Below are positions 1 to 11,400 of a DNA stretch of 64,000 nucleotides, piece by piece (the stretch's first letter is position 1; each line of letters begins with the position of its first letter). Origin of the DNA: Anthoceros angustus (taxonomy: Eukaryota; Plantae; Anthocerotophyta); contig VJWM01000254.1 in NCBI GenBank assembly GCA_010909165.1, forward strand, positions 124,001 to 188,000. The letters run 5' to 3'. Under the pieces are notes generated by a model. That model was given only the letters and a program-made list of their open reading frames with translations, did not search any database and was not told the DNA's origin. A program made the translations under genes and the position numbers.

Positions 1-801
1 ATACCCAAAGCACTAAAAGAGCTGGAAGATTCTGTGAGGACCCCGATAAGGGCTCTCCCAGAAGATGCTTCGTTTCCTGTTAAGAAGTTCCTGCAACTAG
101 AGCTTGAGTTCTCCAAAACAATGTTGCTTACAGTTAAGCAGTCACTCTCTGAGATCTCTGACATACTCAACTCTACGGTGACTCCTGAAGCTCAGAATCT
201 GGCAGACTGTCAGACTTTGGTTGCAGGTCATATTCTCCAAACCTGGAAAGACTTGTGGGAAGGTCCTGACGATCCTGTCCAGTATCTCAGAGGTGCACTA
301 CAAAGAAGCGAGGCAGTGAACACCTATTTCCAAATGGCTGCTGCTCAACAACTGCAAATCAATCTGTTACGTTTGTCAAAGGTTTTCCACCCACACAGAT
401 ATCTTAGTTCCCTTCGACATCAAGCTGCCAGAATGTCCAGGACAACTATAGATAGCCTGGCGCTCGTCACCACATGGGACAGTCCACATGAGATAGAGGA
501 AAGCATCTGCTCAATCTCAGTTGACTTGTGCATAGAAGGAGCTCTGTTCAACGGATCCAGTCTATCCAGATGTTCTGAGAAGTCACAGCAAATATCTTGC
601 GTCCCATCTTGCAGATTTTCATGGTTGGGAAAAGACACACCTCACCCATTAGGTTCATTCATGAACATACCCCTGTATGAGACAGTCGAACGATCAAAGG
701 CCATAGCACAAATACAAGTTCCATGCAAGCCGGAAGAGAAACCACTTTGGCTACTGTCTGGGCTAGCATTCTTCTTACCAACCAAACTGGTGGAGACCTA
801 G
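1..801 (+). CDS. DYNC2H1: Cytoplasmic dynein-2 (IFT dynein) heavy chain, C-terminal domain, 5'-partial
   Basis: Frame is open from base 1 (IPKALKELEDSVRTP...) to TAG at 799-801. LSKVFHPHRYLSSLRHQAAR, IEGALFNG, IPLYETVERS and IQVPC...WLLSGLAFFL align by eye with the dynein-2 heavy chain C-terminus (LSELFHPDTFLNALRQETAR...LPVY...IDVPC...WIQCGAALFL). Confidence 0.85.
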   Translation: MPKALKELEDSVRTPIRALPEDASFPVKKFLQLELEFSKTMLLTVKQSLSEISDILNSTVTPEAQNLADCQTLVAGHILQTWKDLWEGPDDPVQYLRGALQRSEAVNTYFQMAAAQQLQINLLRLSKVFHPHRYLSSLRHQAARMSRTTIDSLALVTTWDSPHEIEESICSISVDLCIEGALFNGSSLSRCSEKSQQISCVPSCRFSWLGKDTPHPLGSFMNIPLYETVERSKAIAQIQVPCKPEEKPLWLLSGLAFFLPTKLVET

Positions 802-1245
802 AACGCTGCATAATACGTACAGAAGCAGGGTCGAGACCCCAGATTATTGAACAACTCAAAGATGGAGTCCCTAAAATGTGAAAGCATCAACGAGTCTGTT
901 GTCGAACCAGTAAGCTGCGAAGCACCAACCAGTCTGATACTGAGAGGCAACTCAGCTGGTGGTAACCGCAATCATCCAGGCTCATACAGGCTGAAATTTT
1001 GCAGACCACAGCTGATGGCAGATCAGGGACAAGCATGCTACCAAGTTTCCGGTAGTTTCCGGTTTTGAGGTACATCAATAACACTGACGTGTGTGCACCC
1101 ACCTGCCTGTCACTTGCTGCCCTATGTTTCACGCACCCAGCATGGGAACTAGCTTTCAATTCTCTTGAATCGGCAGCACGAACACTCTTCACAATATCCC
1201 ATGAAGCTTCGACTTGTTCGGCATTCAAGGCAGGTTACATCAGTG

Positions 1246-2769
1246 TTAATAGTGAATGACAATGGGCGAACTAATACTTGGTGAAGAGATCGTTTGTGCT
1301 GTTCCTTTGATATCATCCGCCCATGCTGACAAAAGGCCAGTCTCAGCTTCAGATGATTCATTTTTCTCTAAACCCCCCTCAGCCCCTTCAACAGGGAGAT
1401 TTGGAAGACTCTGACTCACTGCAAACTTCATCCACTTTTTCACCTTCATATATTCTATGGCCGGATATGCAAGTAAGCCAACCACAGAGGCTAAAACACT
1501 GAAGAGTATCGTTTTGGGGGAGGCGATACACATAATGATTATAAGAAAAGTGGATGGTGGCACACACATCAGTGTGATACCCACAGTATTGAGGGGTATT
1601 TTGTAGGGCCTCAACAACTCTGGCTGCTTCCATCGAAGCCAAATGAATGCCGCAAACTCCAAAAGCATGCCAAAACAGTAAAGAAAATTCAGAAACTCTA
1701 CGATCTCCTGAAAAGTCATTGAAGACAACAAGAGTACACCCAGCGCAGAGCAGAGTATCCCCAACACAGGAGTCCCATAGACAGATCTACGGGCAAATAC
1801 TTCGGGCAGCATACCCAGCTCTCCCATTCCAAGCAGCTGATAGGAGTCACTGCTCATCTCCGCCTCAAACAGACCCATGTTAGAAAGTGCAGCTGCCACC
1901 TCTACCCACCACTTTAATCCAGCACCACCTATGACCATTGCAACATCCGCAAAATACCCAGCCTCCCATGCAGATTGCTTTAAATCCAGGGCTCCTGTCC
2001 CTGCAAGTAGGGGGATAATGTAAGCAAACACTACCAGGACGACAGCTGACAGAAGCGCCTTCGGGAAGGTCTTTTGAGGATTCTCCACCTCTCCTGCCAA
2101 AGTGCTGACAGAATCCCAGTAGTTCAAGTTCCAAAAAAGAGTGTTTAGATAACTTCTCCAACAAATATTGCTCAAGTCAATCACGAACCACCTTGCAGGC
2201 TTTATCTCAGGAATTGACAGAATAGCTAGCACACAAAAAGGTAGGAGAGAAAACACGGTTAGACCTATAGCAGTCATTCCCACAATGGTCAGGCCACGGT
2301 AGTTCAGGTAAGTAAGCCCGCAAGTGATCACAACGAGAGCGATCACCCGAGCTGGCCCCTCAGCAAAAACAGGGAGTGCCCTTTTGAGATAATCTAAAAA
2401 CAAAACCGGATACAGCGCATTGTCTATCACGCCACTCAACCACTTCCACCAACCTTCCAAAAAGCCCCAGAAAGGGCCAAACGCAGCAGAGATCCACACA
2501 ACGTAACCTCCGTTCTCAGGAAAAGCTGTGGCCAGCTCTGCGGTAATCAATGCTTCCGGCACGCTCCACACTAAAGGGAAAAGGAGGAAACCAAGGATGG
2601 CCAGAAGGGGTCCCCCGGCCTTAACAGAGTCCTCGACCCCGAAGGGACCACCAGAAACCTCATAGAAAATGAGAGCAACCAGGGGCAGCATGGACAGTTT
2701 CTTTCCCAGCGGCCTACTGCCTTCCACACTCTCTCTGGGAGCTGCGGCAGGAGACGATGGCACCACCAT
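1246..2769 (-). CDS. PUT: Polyamine uptake transporter, APC/LAT family (PUT/RMV1-like), intronless, 507 aa
   Basis: [57 protein letters not shown] and [15 protein letters not shown] are hallmark plant PUT/LAT motifs; about 12 hydrophobic segments. Confidence 0.93.
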   Translation of the reverse strand: MVVPSSPAAAPRESVEGSRPLGKKLSMLPLVALIFYEVSGGPFGVEDSVKAGGPLLAILGFLLFPLVWSVPEALITAELATAFPENGGYVVWISAAFGPFWGFLEGWWKWLSGVIDNALYPVLFLDYLKRALPVFAEGPARVIALVVITCGLTYLNYRGLTIVGMTAIGLTVFSLLPFCVLAILSIPEIKPARWFVIDLSNICWRSYLNTLFWNLNYWDSVSTLAGEVENPQKTFPKALLSAVVLVVFAYIIPLLAGTGALDLKQSAWEAGYFADVAMVIGGAGLKWWVEVAAALSNMGLFEAEMSSDSYQLLGMGELGMLPEVFARRSVYGTPVLGILCSALGVLLLSSMTFQEIVEFLNFLYCFGMLLEFAAFIWLRWKQPELLRPYKIPLNTVGITLMCVPPSTFLIIIMCIASPKTILFSVLASVVGLLAYPAIEYMKVKKWMKFAVSQSLPNLPVEGAEGGLEKNESSEAETGLLSAWADDIKGTAQTISSPSISSPIVIHY

Positions 2770-3873
2770 CGTGCCCTAATCGTTCCTACGACCCCGGTCC
2801 AAAGCTACTCCTCAAAACTCGTCCCGGATTCCCACGCATCTGACTAGTTTCAGGTTTTCTACGTGTTAACCATCCACAACACTGCTTCAGGTTCTTCTTT
2901 CTGCACATTCTCTCGGCTCCCTCTCCGACCAACAAGGAGTAATTTCACTCACAAATAGACCACTTCCCTTCACTCACGGCTACGCAAAAGTTGATCAATG
3001 CAGGCACAGATCCAGGCAGTCTGACCTACGCTCGACTCATCACGAATTCCAGTTTTCAAGCTACATACTCCCTTAGAAGCCAGATCTACAGATACGCCTT
3101 ACTTGAGCGCTGGAAACAGCCGCACAGTGAAGTGGATGTCGGCACACGGCATGCCAAGCGACCGCAACGAATCACACAAGTCGATCCATGGTCACAGCAT
3201 GCAACATGCATGGAGCAAACTGTTGCCGACTTTCCTTCGAATTTTGCGAGGATCTGCCACGCCCAAGACCCACGATGCGCCTGTCTGTAGCATGCAGCTC
3301 CTGAGCTGGGGCGTGCCGAATGAGAGCTATCTGCCCACCAGGTGAAGAGATGCACGCTAATGGGGTTGCGGAAACCTTTCGTTCTTGCCACTTCCGTCTC
3401 ATGCCCAATGGGTATTCAAATAAACATTTTTATAATATTTAATTCATTAATTCGGCATTTTGTTTCTCAATCCATCCATTCAAAGGTGCCACCCTAAAAG
3501 TGCCCTTCCAAACATCGTCACCTCCTTCCCAACCACCAGCTTTTGCAAATTCTGCGTCGTGTCACCAAGTGTAGACTGAGCTCCAGTGCCTGTATATTTT
3601 ATATGCCTAGTTTATTTGGACGTGAGCAAATACAAGTATTGTGAGTAGGTATTCCGAATTGTTCAGCTTATTGAGATAATATATTGAACTATTATTTTAC
3701 ATATTGTATAAAACCATGCAAATCATCCATTTATGTCTGCGTACTTTCTATTATTTTGAGTATTCTAAGGGAATAATGGGATCATATGTCTAGACCGTGA
3801 TCATGACGATGTTTAAACTCTTGTCTAGAATCAAAGACTATGTAGTTTGATGGTTGAAGTATTTTAACAAAAA

Positions 3874-5061
3874 ATGGATGTTTGGGCTCTTAGAGAACCT
3901 TTGGCACAAAATAGTGTAGGATCTAGCACAGGAGATGTAGTTGCTACAAGCAGTGAAGCAAATACATCTCGGGCACTTATGGATCCTACAATTTGGAGTT
4001 TTCTTCCAGAAGATCTTCTTGATAGAGTTCTTGCATGGCTTCCCCTATCTAGTTTCTGTCGCAATCGTACAGTGTGTAAAAGATGGAACTCTATGGTGTC
4101 GACTGGAAGTTTTCTCACACTCTACTCACAACTTCCTTCTCAAGAGTCGTGGATTCTTATGTTTGCTGATCCTCATTACCAATTTGTTTTTGCTTATATA
4201 CCTATTCAAAATAGGTGGCTCACTTTGCCTCTATCCTTTTTGCCTTCGGATATATATAATGTTACAGTAGCTGGTGGCCTATTGTGCTTTCGGTTAGTTG
4301 AATCAAATGGGTCCTCTAGCATGTGTGTATGTAATCCTATAACTAGGTCTTGGAGGAAGCTTCCCCCAATGATTGGCAGATATTACGGGAATTTGGTGGG
4401 TATAGTAGTAGAGCCAGGGTCTATAGCATACAGAATTATTGTTCAGACAAACCATCTTATGTGGGATGATACACACCTCTTACGAACAGAAGTATATGAC
4501 TCTGTCACAAATGAATGGCATATTACAGGTGTATCAAGAGTCAGTTTCACAACTGGAAGTGTTTATTGTAATGGAGTTCTCTATTTTATGACATGGGAAG
4601 CACCAAATGGTGAATTTACATGTGATGGTGTCTCAGCTTATAGTGTTGATCAAGGTATGTGGAGGAAAGTCGGAGCTCCCACCCCATTTTTTTACATATG
4701 TCCCCAGCTAGTAGAATGTCGTGGTCGTCTATTAATGGTTGGAGGATTTGGTGAACATAATTCCATTACTGTAGGAATACGCATATGGGAACTTCGCCAA
4801 CCTAGCTTGGAATGGGTGGTTGTTGAGACAATGCCTTATCAGTTATCTAAATACCTGTTGAAAAGACCTGGTTATTTGCTCTTCAATTGTGTAGGACACG
4901 GTGATTTGATCTATTTGAGTGAATGCAAAAGTCCTCATCTATTCGTCATATTTGATTGCTCTCAAAAGTCTTGGCATAGACTAGACACATCTCCACCAGC
5001 TAGATATCATGCTACATTTTCATGGTTTTCATTTCACCCTAGATTGAATGCTGCATTGTAG
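3874..5061 (+). CDS. F-box protein with kelch-like/FBA beta-propeller (LCR/UFO/At5g15710-like group), intronless, 395 aa
   Basis: F-box motif IWSFLPEDLLDRVLAWLP...VCKRW, followed by VCNPITRSWRKLPPM and LVECRGRLLMVGG repeats typical of plant F-box/kelch proteins. Confidence 0.9.
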   Translation: MDVWALREPLAQNSVGSSTGDVVATSSEANTSRALMDPTIWSFLPEDLLDRVLAWLPLSSFCRNRTVCKRWNSMVSTGSFLTLYSQLPSQESWILMFADPHYQFVFAYIPIQNRWLTLPLSFLPSDIYNVTVAGGLLCFRLVESNGSSSMCVCNPITRSWRKLPPMIGRYYGNLVGIVVEPGSIAYRIIVQTNHLMWDDTHLLRTEVYDSVTNEWHITGVSRVSFTTGSVYCNGVLYFMTWEAPNGEFTCDGVSAYSVDQGMWRKVGAPTPFFYICPQLVECRGRLLMVGGFGEHNSITVGIRIWELRQPSLEWVVVETMPYQLSKYLLKRPGYLLFNCVGHGDLIYLSECKSPHLFVIFDCSQKSWHRLDTSPPARYHATFSWFSFHPRLNAAL

Positions 5062-5488
5062 AAATACTTCATAAAGAAATAATTATAGGTGCAGCGGAGT
5101 GTGCAGTCTAGTTCATCATTTTGTAGCTATAAAACATGATATGATAACTAAAACTCTACTTTCTTTAAAAATGATTGATCTTGCTGCTATAATACTATGA
5201 CACTATTTGGATGATGTTGTCAGAATTGAAAATGCAACCAATGCAACAGTTATAACCAAGTCATACAACTTAACATCCTTCAAATTCTTTAAGGTAAATA
5301 AAAGATAAGACTTATTAATTGATAATCTCCATAAAAATTGCAAAAAAAGGTTTTATAAATTATATTTTGCTTAAAACTATAGTCTAGCTTATGCAGCAGC
5401 CATTAGATACTATAGATTAGGCAAAACTTCCTGATGATTGTGTCTGTAATAAAACAAAAAAAACTATCTTGACAGGGTAATTTTGAAA

Positions 5489-7033
5489 ATGGAAATGAGC
5501 CAACTTGCAACAAGAATTTCATCGGTTCTTGAAGGTTTTATGTATTGGACAGAGTATGAATTCTACCTCTTTGAATTAAAGTGATATTTAAATTAGGTTG
5601 AGGAATTGAAAAGATCTTATATAAATAATTTATGTGCTTACTTAATAACTGTGTATAAATGGTGTGGTAGTCATGCAGATGGTAACTAGAACCACATAAA
5701 CTACATATTCCAACATATGCCATAAAGTCACTTTTGCCAACAATGATTCATAAATCAATTAAGGCATTGAGTACGTATCCAAGATTTGAAGAAAGTTGCA
5801 CTTTTTTTATGAGCAACTTATGACAAATCATTAGAGAGCAAAACTTTCTTCAATGCTTCGATCAGCACTGTAAATGAAGATTAACATAATTCACTTCTTT
5901 GTCCAAGTTCTTTTCAAATTTACTTTTTTGTCCAAGTTCTTTTCAGACAAGCACAACAACATAGGCATGAAGAAATTTTGGCTACTTTAAGAATTCAAGT
6001 AAGTACTTAATTTGCTCGACCAATAAACGCATTGAAGAATTTAATTTTATATTCTATAAAAATCAATATTTACAAGATAATTAATAAATTATTTATAAAT
6101 TCAGAGTGCTTGGAAGAGATACCAAGAACAAAAAAAATTCAAACAATGGAAAAAAGCCATATCTAACATACAACGAGTTTATAGAGGTCATTTAGGAAGA
6201 GCACGAGCTCATATAATACGAATCAATAGTAATGCGACGAGGATTCAGAAAGTATTTAGAGGATATCTCAGCCGAAAGAAAATTCACGACTTCTATCTCA
6301 GGAAAAGGTTTATTCAGAGGGTGGTTTTGGAAGGCACACAAGTCAAGGAATTGATTCAGAAATCGTACAAACATCAAATCCTCAAAAGGCAAGAACTCGC
6401 AAGAAAAACGGCCCAACAAGAATTCCAACGATTTTGGTTGTTGAACCATCCTTGCGTAAGTCTCTAGTTCATCTCGCCGTTTCGTTTGTGCATGGCTCTG
6501 ATTACTCGGATTGGAGGAATGATTAAGCGTACATTACTGGCTAGATAAGTACAAGATCCCATAAAGGAAGTTTAAGGCCCTCGAAGAAGGACTGTCCGGA
6601 CGAGAAACAATGGGAGGAACATGTGGTGGAGGCCATGAGACACCACCTAGTTCAGCAGAAACGGAAGGGGGCCAAAACAGAGCCCTTCGTCAAATTCTGG
6701 ATTGAAGAGCGGCCAAGCTATTCCACAAAGCATGGAATGCGAATTCCTCAATACCTTGCTAGGTCAGGTCCATATGAGTCAGCTGTGGACCAGCGAAGGA
6801 GATTGGAACGTGAAGCTTACAATGCACAGAAGTGGTCTGTAGACTTTAACAGCCGTCAGGCGAAGGAAGAGAAATCGCACTTCACAAAGAGCTTCTTTCA
6901 CAACCTGCCATGGGCCATCGAGAAGGCCATGGACAAGAAAATGCGCGTAGAAAACGATTCTGTGTGGCAGCGCGTGCATGGGAAGCCCTTCAGCTTGCAG
7001 CCCCTCCCCGCCAAGCAGTTCTTCTCGTTCTGA
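5489..7033 (+). CDS. SPATA17: SPATA17-like IQ-motif (calmodulin-binding) flagellar protein; exons 5489-5553, 5947-5998, 6105-6455, 6545-7033 (318 aa + stop)
   Basis: Manually spliced at GT-AG sites with consistent phases (65+52+351+489=957 nt). Three IQ motifs (LRIQSAWKRYQ, NIQRVYRGHLGR, RIQKVFRGYLSRK), then HDFYLRKRFIQRV and NHPCISTRSHKG, paralleling SPATA17 (FNYYYLKEYL; MHYLLSTKQIPG). The ORF track shows only the last exon. Confidence 0.75.
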
Positions 7034-7151
7034 TGAACACGCTGCCAAAGCCGAAGAATTTTTTGTTGCCATTTCCGACCAATGTGAGATCCATTCAATT
7101 AGTGCCGTGGTCCCTATATCATAATTCCTCAAACCTCCTGCTCCGGATCCA

Positions 7152-7724
7152 TCATTCCTCAATCTCGAACACCACCCCGTCCTTAGCAGAAAAGACATGA
7201 TTCGTGTGGTCCGTGACATTGGTGTCACTCAGCTCCAGGTTGTAAAAGTCCATAGTCGGATCGGTGAACAAGGGGCCAGCATGCCAGGTCCCGACATGCA
7301 GCTTGAGGAACTGCGTCCCCTCCACCTTGAACACCCGCACATCGGCCGGGGAGGGCGGAACATACGCATGTCCGTGTCGGGATCTGGAAACCCTAATCCC
7401 GACAGCTGCAGCTGCTTCCGGATCCGCAATGGAAGGAGCAGCCACCCCGAGATACCAGATCCTGGCCCCGACGGATCCCAGACACTGCGTCACCTTGGCG
7501 TGGTGAGTGATGGCGTCGAAGCTGAGCGACCTGTCCCCGATCCGCATGATGTAAAACCTAGGCACGCCGCGGCTCAGGTCCAGCTGAGCGTCCAGCGGGC
7601 CATACGCGTCTCCATCCCCAACCGCGCCCAGGACCTGCCCGAACGGGGCGAAGCTCTCGGGCGTCAGATCTGTAGGCCGCAGCTTCACCACGCTCACCCC
7701 CGGCCCCGCCTGGCCCTCCACCAT
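7152..7724 (-). CDS. Ureidoglycolate lyase/hydrolase-like cupin protein (plant At2g35810-like), intronless
   Basis: LTPESFAPFGQV, ITHHAKVTQCLGS, LKLHVGTWHAGPLF and FYNLELSDTNVTDH. First ATG at 7724-7722; an in-frame stop lies just upstream. Confidence 0.8.
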   Translation of the reverse strand: MVEGQAGPGVSVVKLRPTDLTPESFAPFGQVLGAVGDGDAYGPLDAQLDLSRGVPRFYIMRIGDRSLSFDAITHHAKVTQCLGSVGARIWYLGVAAPSIADPEAAAAVGIRVSRSRHGHAYVPPSPADVRVFKVEGTQFLKLHVGTWHAGPLFTDPTMDFYNLELSDTNVTDHTNHVFSAKDGVVFEIEE

Positions 7725-8481
7725 CGCTTCCACTGCGAGTCGGCTCGATCACTGTGTGTGCGGCAGATCCCGCCTCCGCCTCCGTCACGACATGCAGCCA
7801 CGCCATGGCCGGAGCCGGGAAGGGAAAGTGCGGTTTCGCCGGTTTCGCCGCCCGCACAGCCTCGACGCTCCGCCGGCAAGGCCGCAGCAGGGCTAGCAGG
7901 GCGCGCGGGTACGGGCGAAGGGAGCGTGACGACTGGGAAGCTCTAGGCATGCCGCTATCCAAAACGCTTGGTCTCGTCGTCAGACTGTACTGGTGTTGTG
8001 TGTGTGGCCGCCCGCCGACGTACTTGTCGCGGCGTTCGCCTCTCTCTTCTCCTCGCCGCTGCCGCTGCCGCTGGCCCCGCGTTCGCAGCCGTGCTTCGTG
8101 CCATGGCGTGCCGCTGGGTTGATTGACGAGGGCGGGGAAGAGAGACGCGTTCTGCGTTTCATCACTGCATTGCCTCGTCTCGCTGCCTCGCATTCTCGAG
8201 GTCCGGGTTGTGATCGCGTCGCCGCCGGCAGCTGAGCTCGCCGCACGCAGCTGGCGCGTCTGGCAGCTCCCGCAGCGAAGCAACCCTCGGCAGCAGGCGC
8301 AGGAGCTGCGGGAGAGGAGGGCATTTTCCTCTGCTGTGAGCATTTTTGCGGCCATGCGCTGCCGGCTGCTGCCAACGGGGGTCTGATCCTGCTGATTCTG
8401 CTGGGGCGGCACCCAGCTGCCCACATGTAGGACTAACTGCGGGGAGACGGCTGCGGCAGAATATTGGGGGGGGCGGGAAGA

Positions 8482-11400
8482 ATGATGATGTCCATGCAGA
8501 ACCCAGTGCGGCAGCAGCCGGGGCAGAGTATTTTCGGCAGGGAGCCGGGCAGAATTGAGCAGCACCCGCTCGCCCTCTCCAATGTCAAGCGATCTGTGAT
8601 TTCACACCCCGGTGGTCACCTCGGTGACCCGCAAGCCAGGCCTCCTCAGCTGCAGGACGGTGAGGCCCGCACGTCTGGGTGGTCGGGCACCCCGGTTTGT
8701 TGTTGTGCATGATTCACTGCCGCCTGTGTCGGTGTTTTAGTGCCACCTTGTTTTTGGAAACCTAGCGCTGTGTGTGCGTGGTACTGCCCGCATCTTGCAC
8801 TGTTGGTGGTTGGAGGCCGGGCCCTCTTGTTCACTCCGAGACTTGTTTTGTTGTCAGGGCCTTTCCTTGCTCAAGTGGTTGATGAGGATCTCCTATTGCA
8901 AATGGCGCACCAGGAATACAAGGCTGGCAATTACAAGCTGGCTTTGGAGTACTGTCTGAGAGTGTATGAGAGGAGTCCGAAGCGCACGGATGCGCTGCTC
9001 CTGCTCGGAGCTGTTTATTATCAGGTAATGGGCGTGTCCTTTGCCTAGAAGCCGTGATTGTGATTGCGGTATCTTCGTCCCTCATGTGCTTAAGGGAGGA
9101 TTCATAAAGGTATCCTCGTGCCTCATGCGCCTGAGGGAGGATCCATAAATGCTGGATCGGTGTATCCTTAGCTCTCCATTGATGAATCCTCCCTAAAGCA
9201 CGTGAGGGACGAGCACATGTATTGCAGCACTGCATGGTTGATAGAAAAGCATTTCGTGGCCATGAATAAGGCCTTCTACACGCAGTAAGTAGAACAGCAG
9301 ATGTACAAAGTTCTTGACTCAGCTGAAGCGCTTGATGAACGTCTTGCAGCTTCACGACTTCGACATGTGCATCGTGAAAAATGAGGAGGCGATCAACATT
9401 GACCCTCACTTCGCGGAATGCTATGGGAATATGGCCAACGCGCTCAAGGTAAGTTGGACTGGTTTCTTCAAAAGCTTTGAGTTTCGGAGTTGTAGATCCA
9501 TTTGTTGGAATTATGGGTTCTTATCGTTCTGGCCTGCCGACGATGCTCTGGGTGAATGTTTTTCACTGCCTTGTCTGATGCAGGAGAAAGGAAACATCGA
9601 CCTCGCTATCCAGTATTACTTGATGGCAATTGAGGTAGGGATCGAAGTGATTTATCAGTCATTTTTCGTTCTGGGAGCTGTTGTAGGTTTTGCTTCCTCT
9701 AATTCAGATTCTTTTTGTGTGCAATTGCAGTTAAGGCCTGGCTTCTGTGATGCATGGTCCAATTTGGCCAGTGCATACATGCGCAAAGGGAGGCTGAATG
9801 AGGCTGCAGAATGCTGCCGACGAGCCCTCACAATCAACCCTCGGCTGGTATGGAAGTGGGCTGAATATGACCTGATGAACTTGTATTGCCCGATGGACTG
9901 ATGGATTTGTTGAGGGGAATGAGAATTCAAGTCTCAGCTCATTGTATTGGTTCTTTACATCAGGTAGATGCTCACAGCAACCTTGGGAATTTGATGAAGG
10001 CTCAGGGACTTATCAATCATGTAAGCTGCTGGCCATCGGTTGGAAAGACACTCTTGCTTGCAATAGGCATCCCCTGTTTACTCATGGCATTTATGGGAAT
10101 GCTACCTGGCTGCCACAGGCTTATCTTTGTTACATGGAGGCTTTGCAAATTCAACCAACATTTGCTATTGCCTGGTCAAATTTAGCTGGACTGTTTATGG
10201 AGCAAGAAGATTATCAGAAAGCGCTTAGCTATTACAAGGTCTGTCTCACACTTCCTGAATTTAGTTCAGTTGGTTCCTCTAAAGAACTAGTGAGCTCCGC
10301 AGCTGCACTTGACGGGATATTGCACACCCTTTAGCTGAGATGCTTATCAGTTTTTTTTGCTGTCAGCCTGTGTACATGTGCTTGATAGGCTTTACTAGGT
10401 TGCCATCAGAGTAGTGTGCTACACATGTTCAGGTTTCCTGGTATAAGGAGACCAAGGCCAGCTGACGGGCGATTGGGGTTTAGTTTGGGCTTGTCCCTCA
10501 CTTGCTGAATGTGTCACATCAAATTGGTGCACACAGGAAGCTATTAGACTCAAGCCAAATTTTCCAGATGCCCATCTCAATCAAGGAAATGTACTCAAGG
10601 TAAAAGTGTTCTGCTCGTTGGTGTCATTCTTTGTACTAATGTTCAAGAGGGCTTGAACTCTAGTAGTCTGGTCTTTTTCTACGTCCAACTTTTAACACTG
10701 CAGTATGTTGGTTTACAGGCAATGGGCAGGCCTCAAGAAGCAATCAATTGTTATGAAAGGGCTATACGGTTGCGGCCAGAGTATGCCATTGCTTATGGTG
10801 AGCAGCTAACATTTACAGTCCAGGAACCATTGTGAATGTGCCTGAGAACTCATACAGAACCATGCAGAGTTCGGTCCTGTTTGCTGTGGTGGAGGAAAGT
10901 GCATACCCATGGACTCCTAACAGTCTCCTTTCATTGTTCTGTTGTCTCTCTTCACATATCTCTCTTCGTAAAGGAGCGCAACCGGGGACTATTTTCTGGA
11001 ACTTTGCAGCTTGTGTGTCCAAGTTGCAGTTCTCTTGTGTTCATGAGTCTGGTAGTGGTGGTGGGGCTGTTAGTGTCTGAATTTGGATTGCACCGTATGT
11101 ACCATCAAAGTTCCACTGCCACAACCACATGTTTGAGCCTGTTGCTGCATAACTGCCATATGTCTTCACTTTGCAAGTGAGGTGCCTCGCTTGTTTTCAA
11201 GCTACTATGTTGAGCTTGTGACTGTTGATAGTTCCAGACAACTGTTGGGGAAAGAATCACAGGTGGTTTCAGGGGTTCCAAATGCCATGTGTTAGTATGC
11301 AGAGCGCCCTGCAACGGCGTGCATCATTAGGGTGCTTAGGGTGACCGGGAGTTTTCGCATCCGGGATGATTGTGTGCAGGAAACCTTGCGAGCGTCTATT

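Noticed and set aside
3086-3391. ORF starting MARTK, like histone H3
   Set aside because: The start is GTG and the similarity stops after five residues; coincidental.
4810-4840. Possible miR394 site at the LCR-equivalent position of the F-box gene
   Set aside because: GGTTGTTGAGACAATGCCTT has about 7 mismatches to the miR394 complement, including at the miRNA 5' end.
7558-8565. 335-aa minus-strand ORF and neighbouring long ORFs
   Set aside because: Low-complexity Arg/Ala/Pro translations of a GC-rich divergent promoter/5' UTR region with no recognisable domain.
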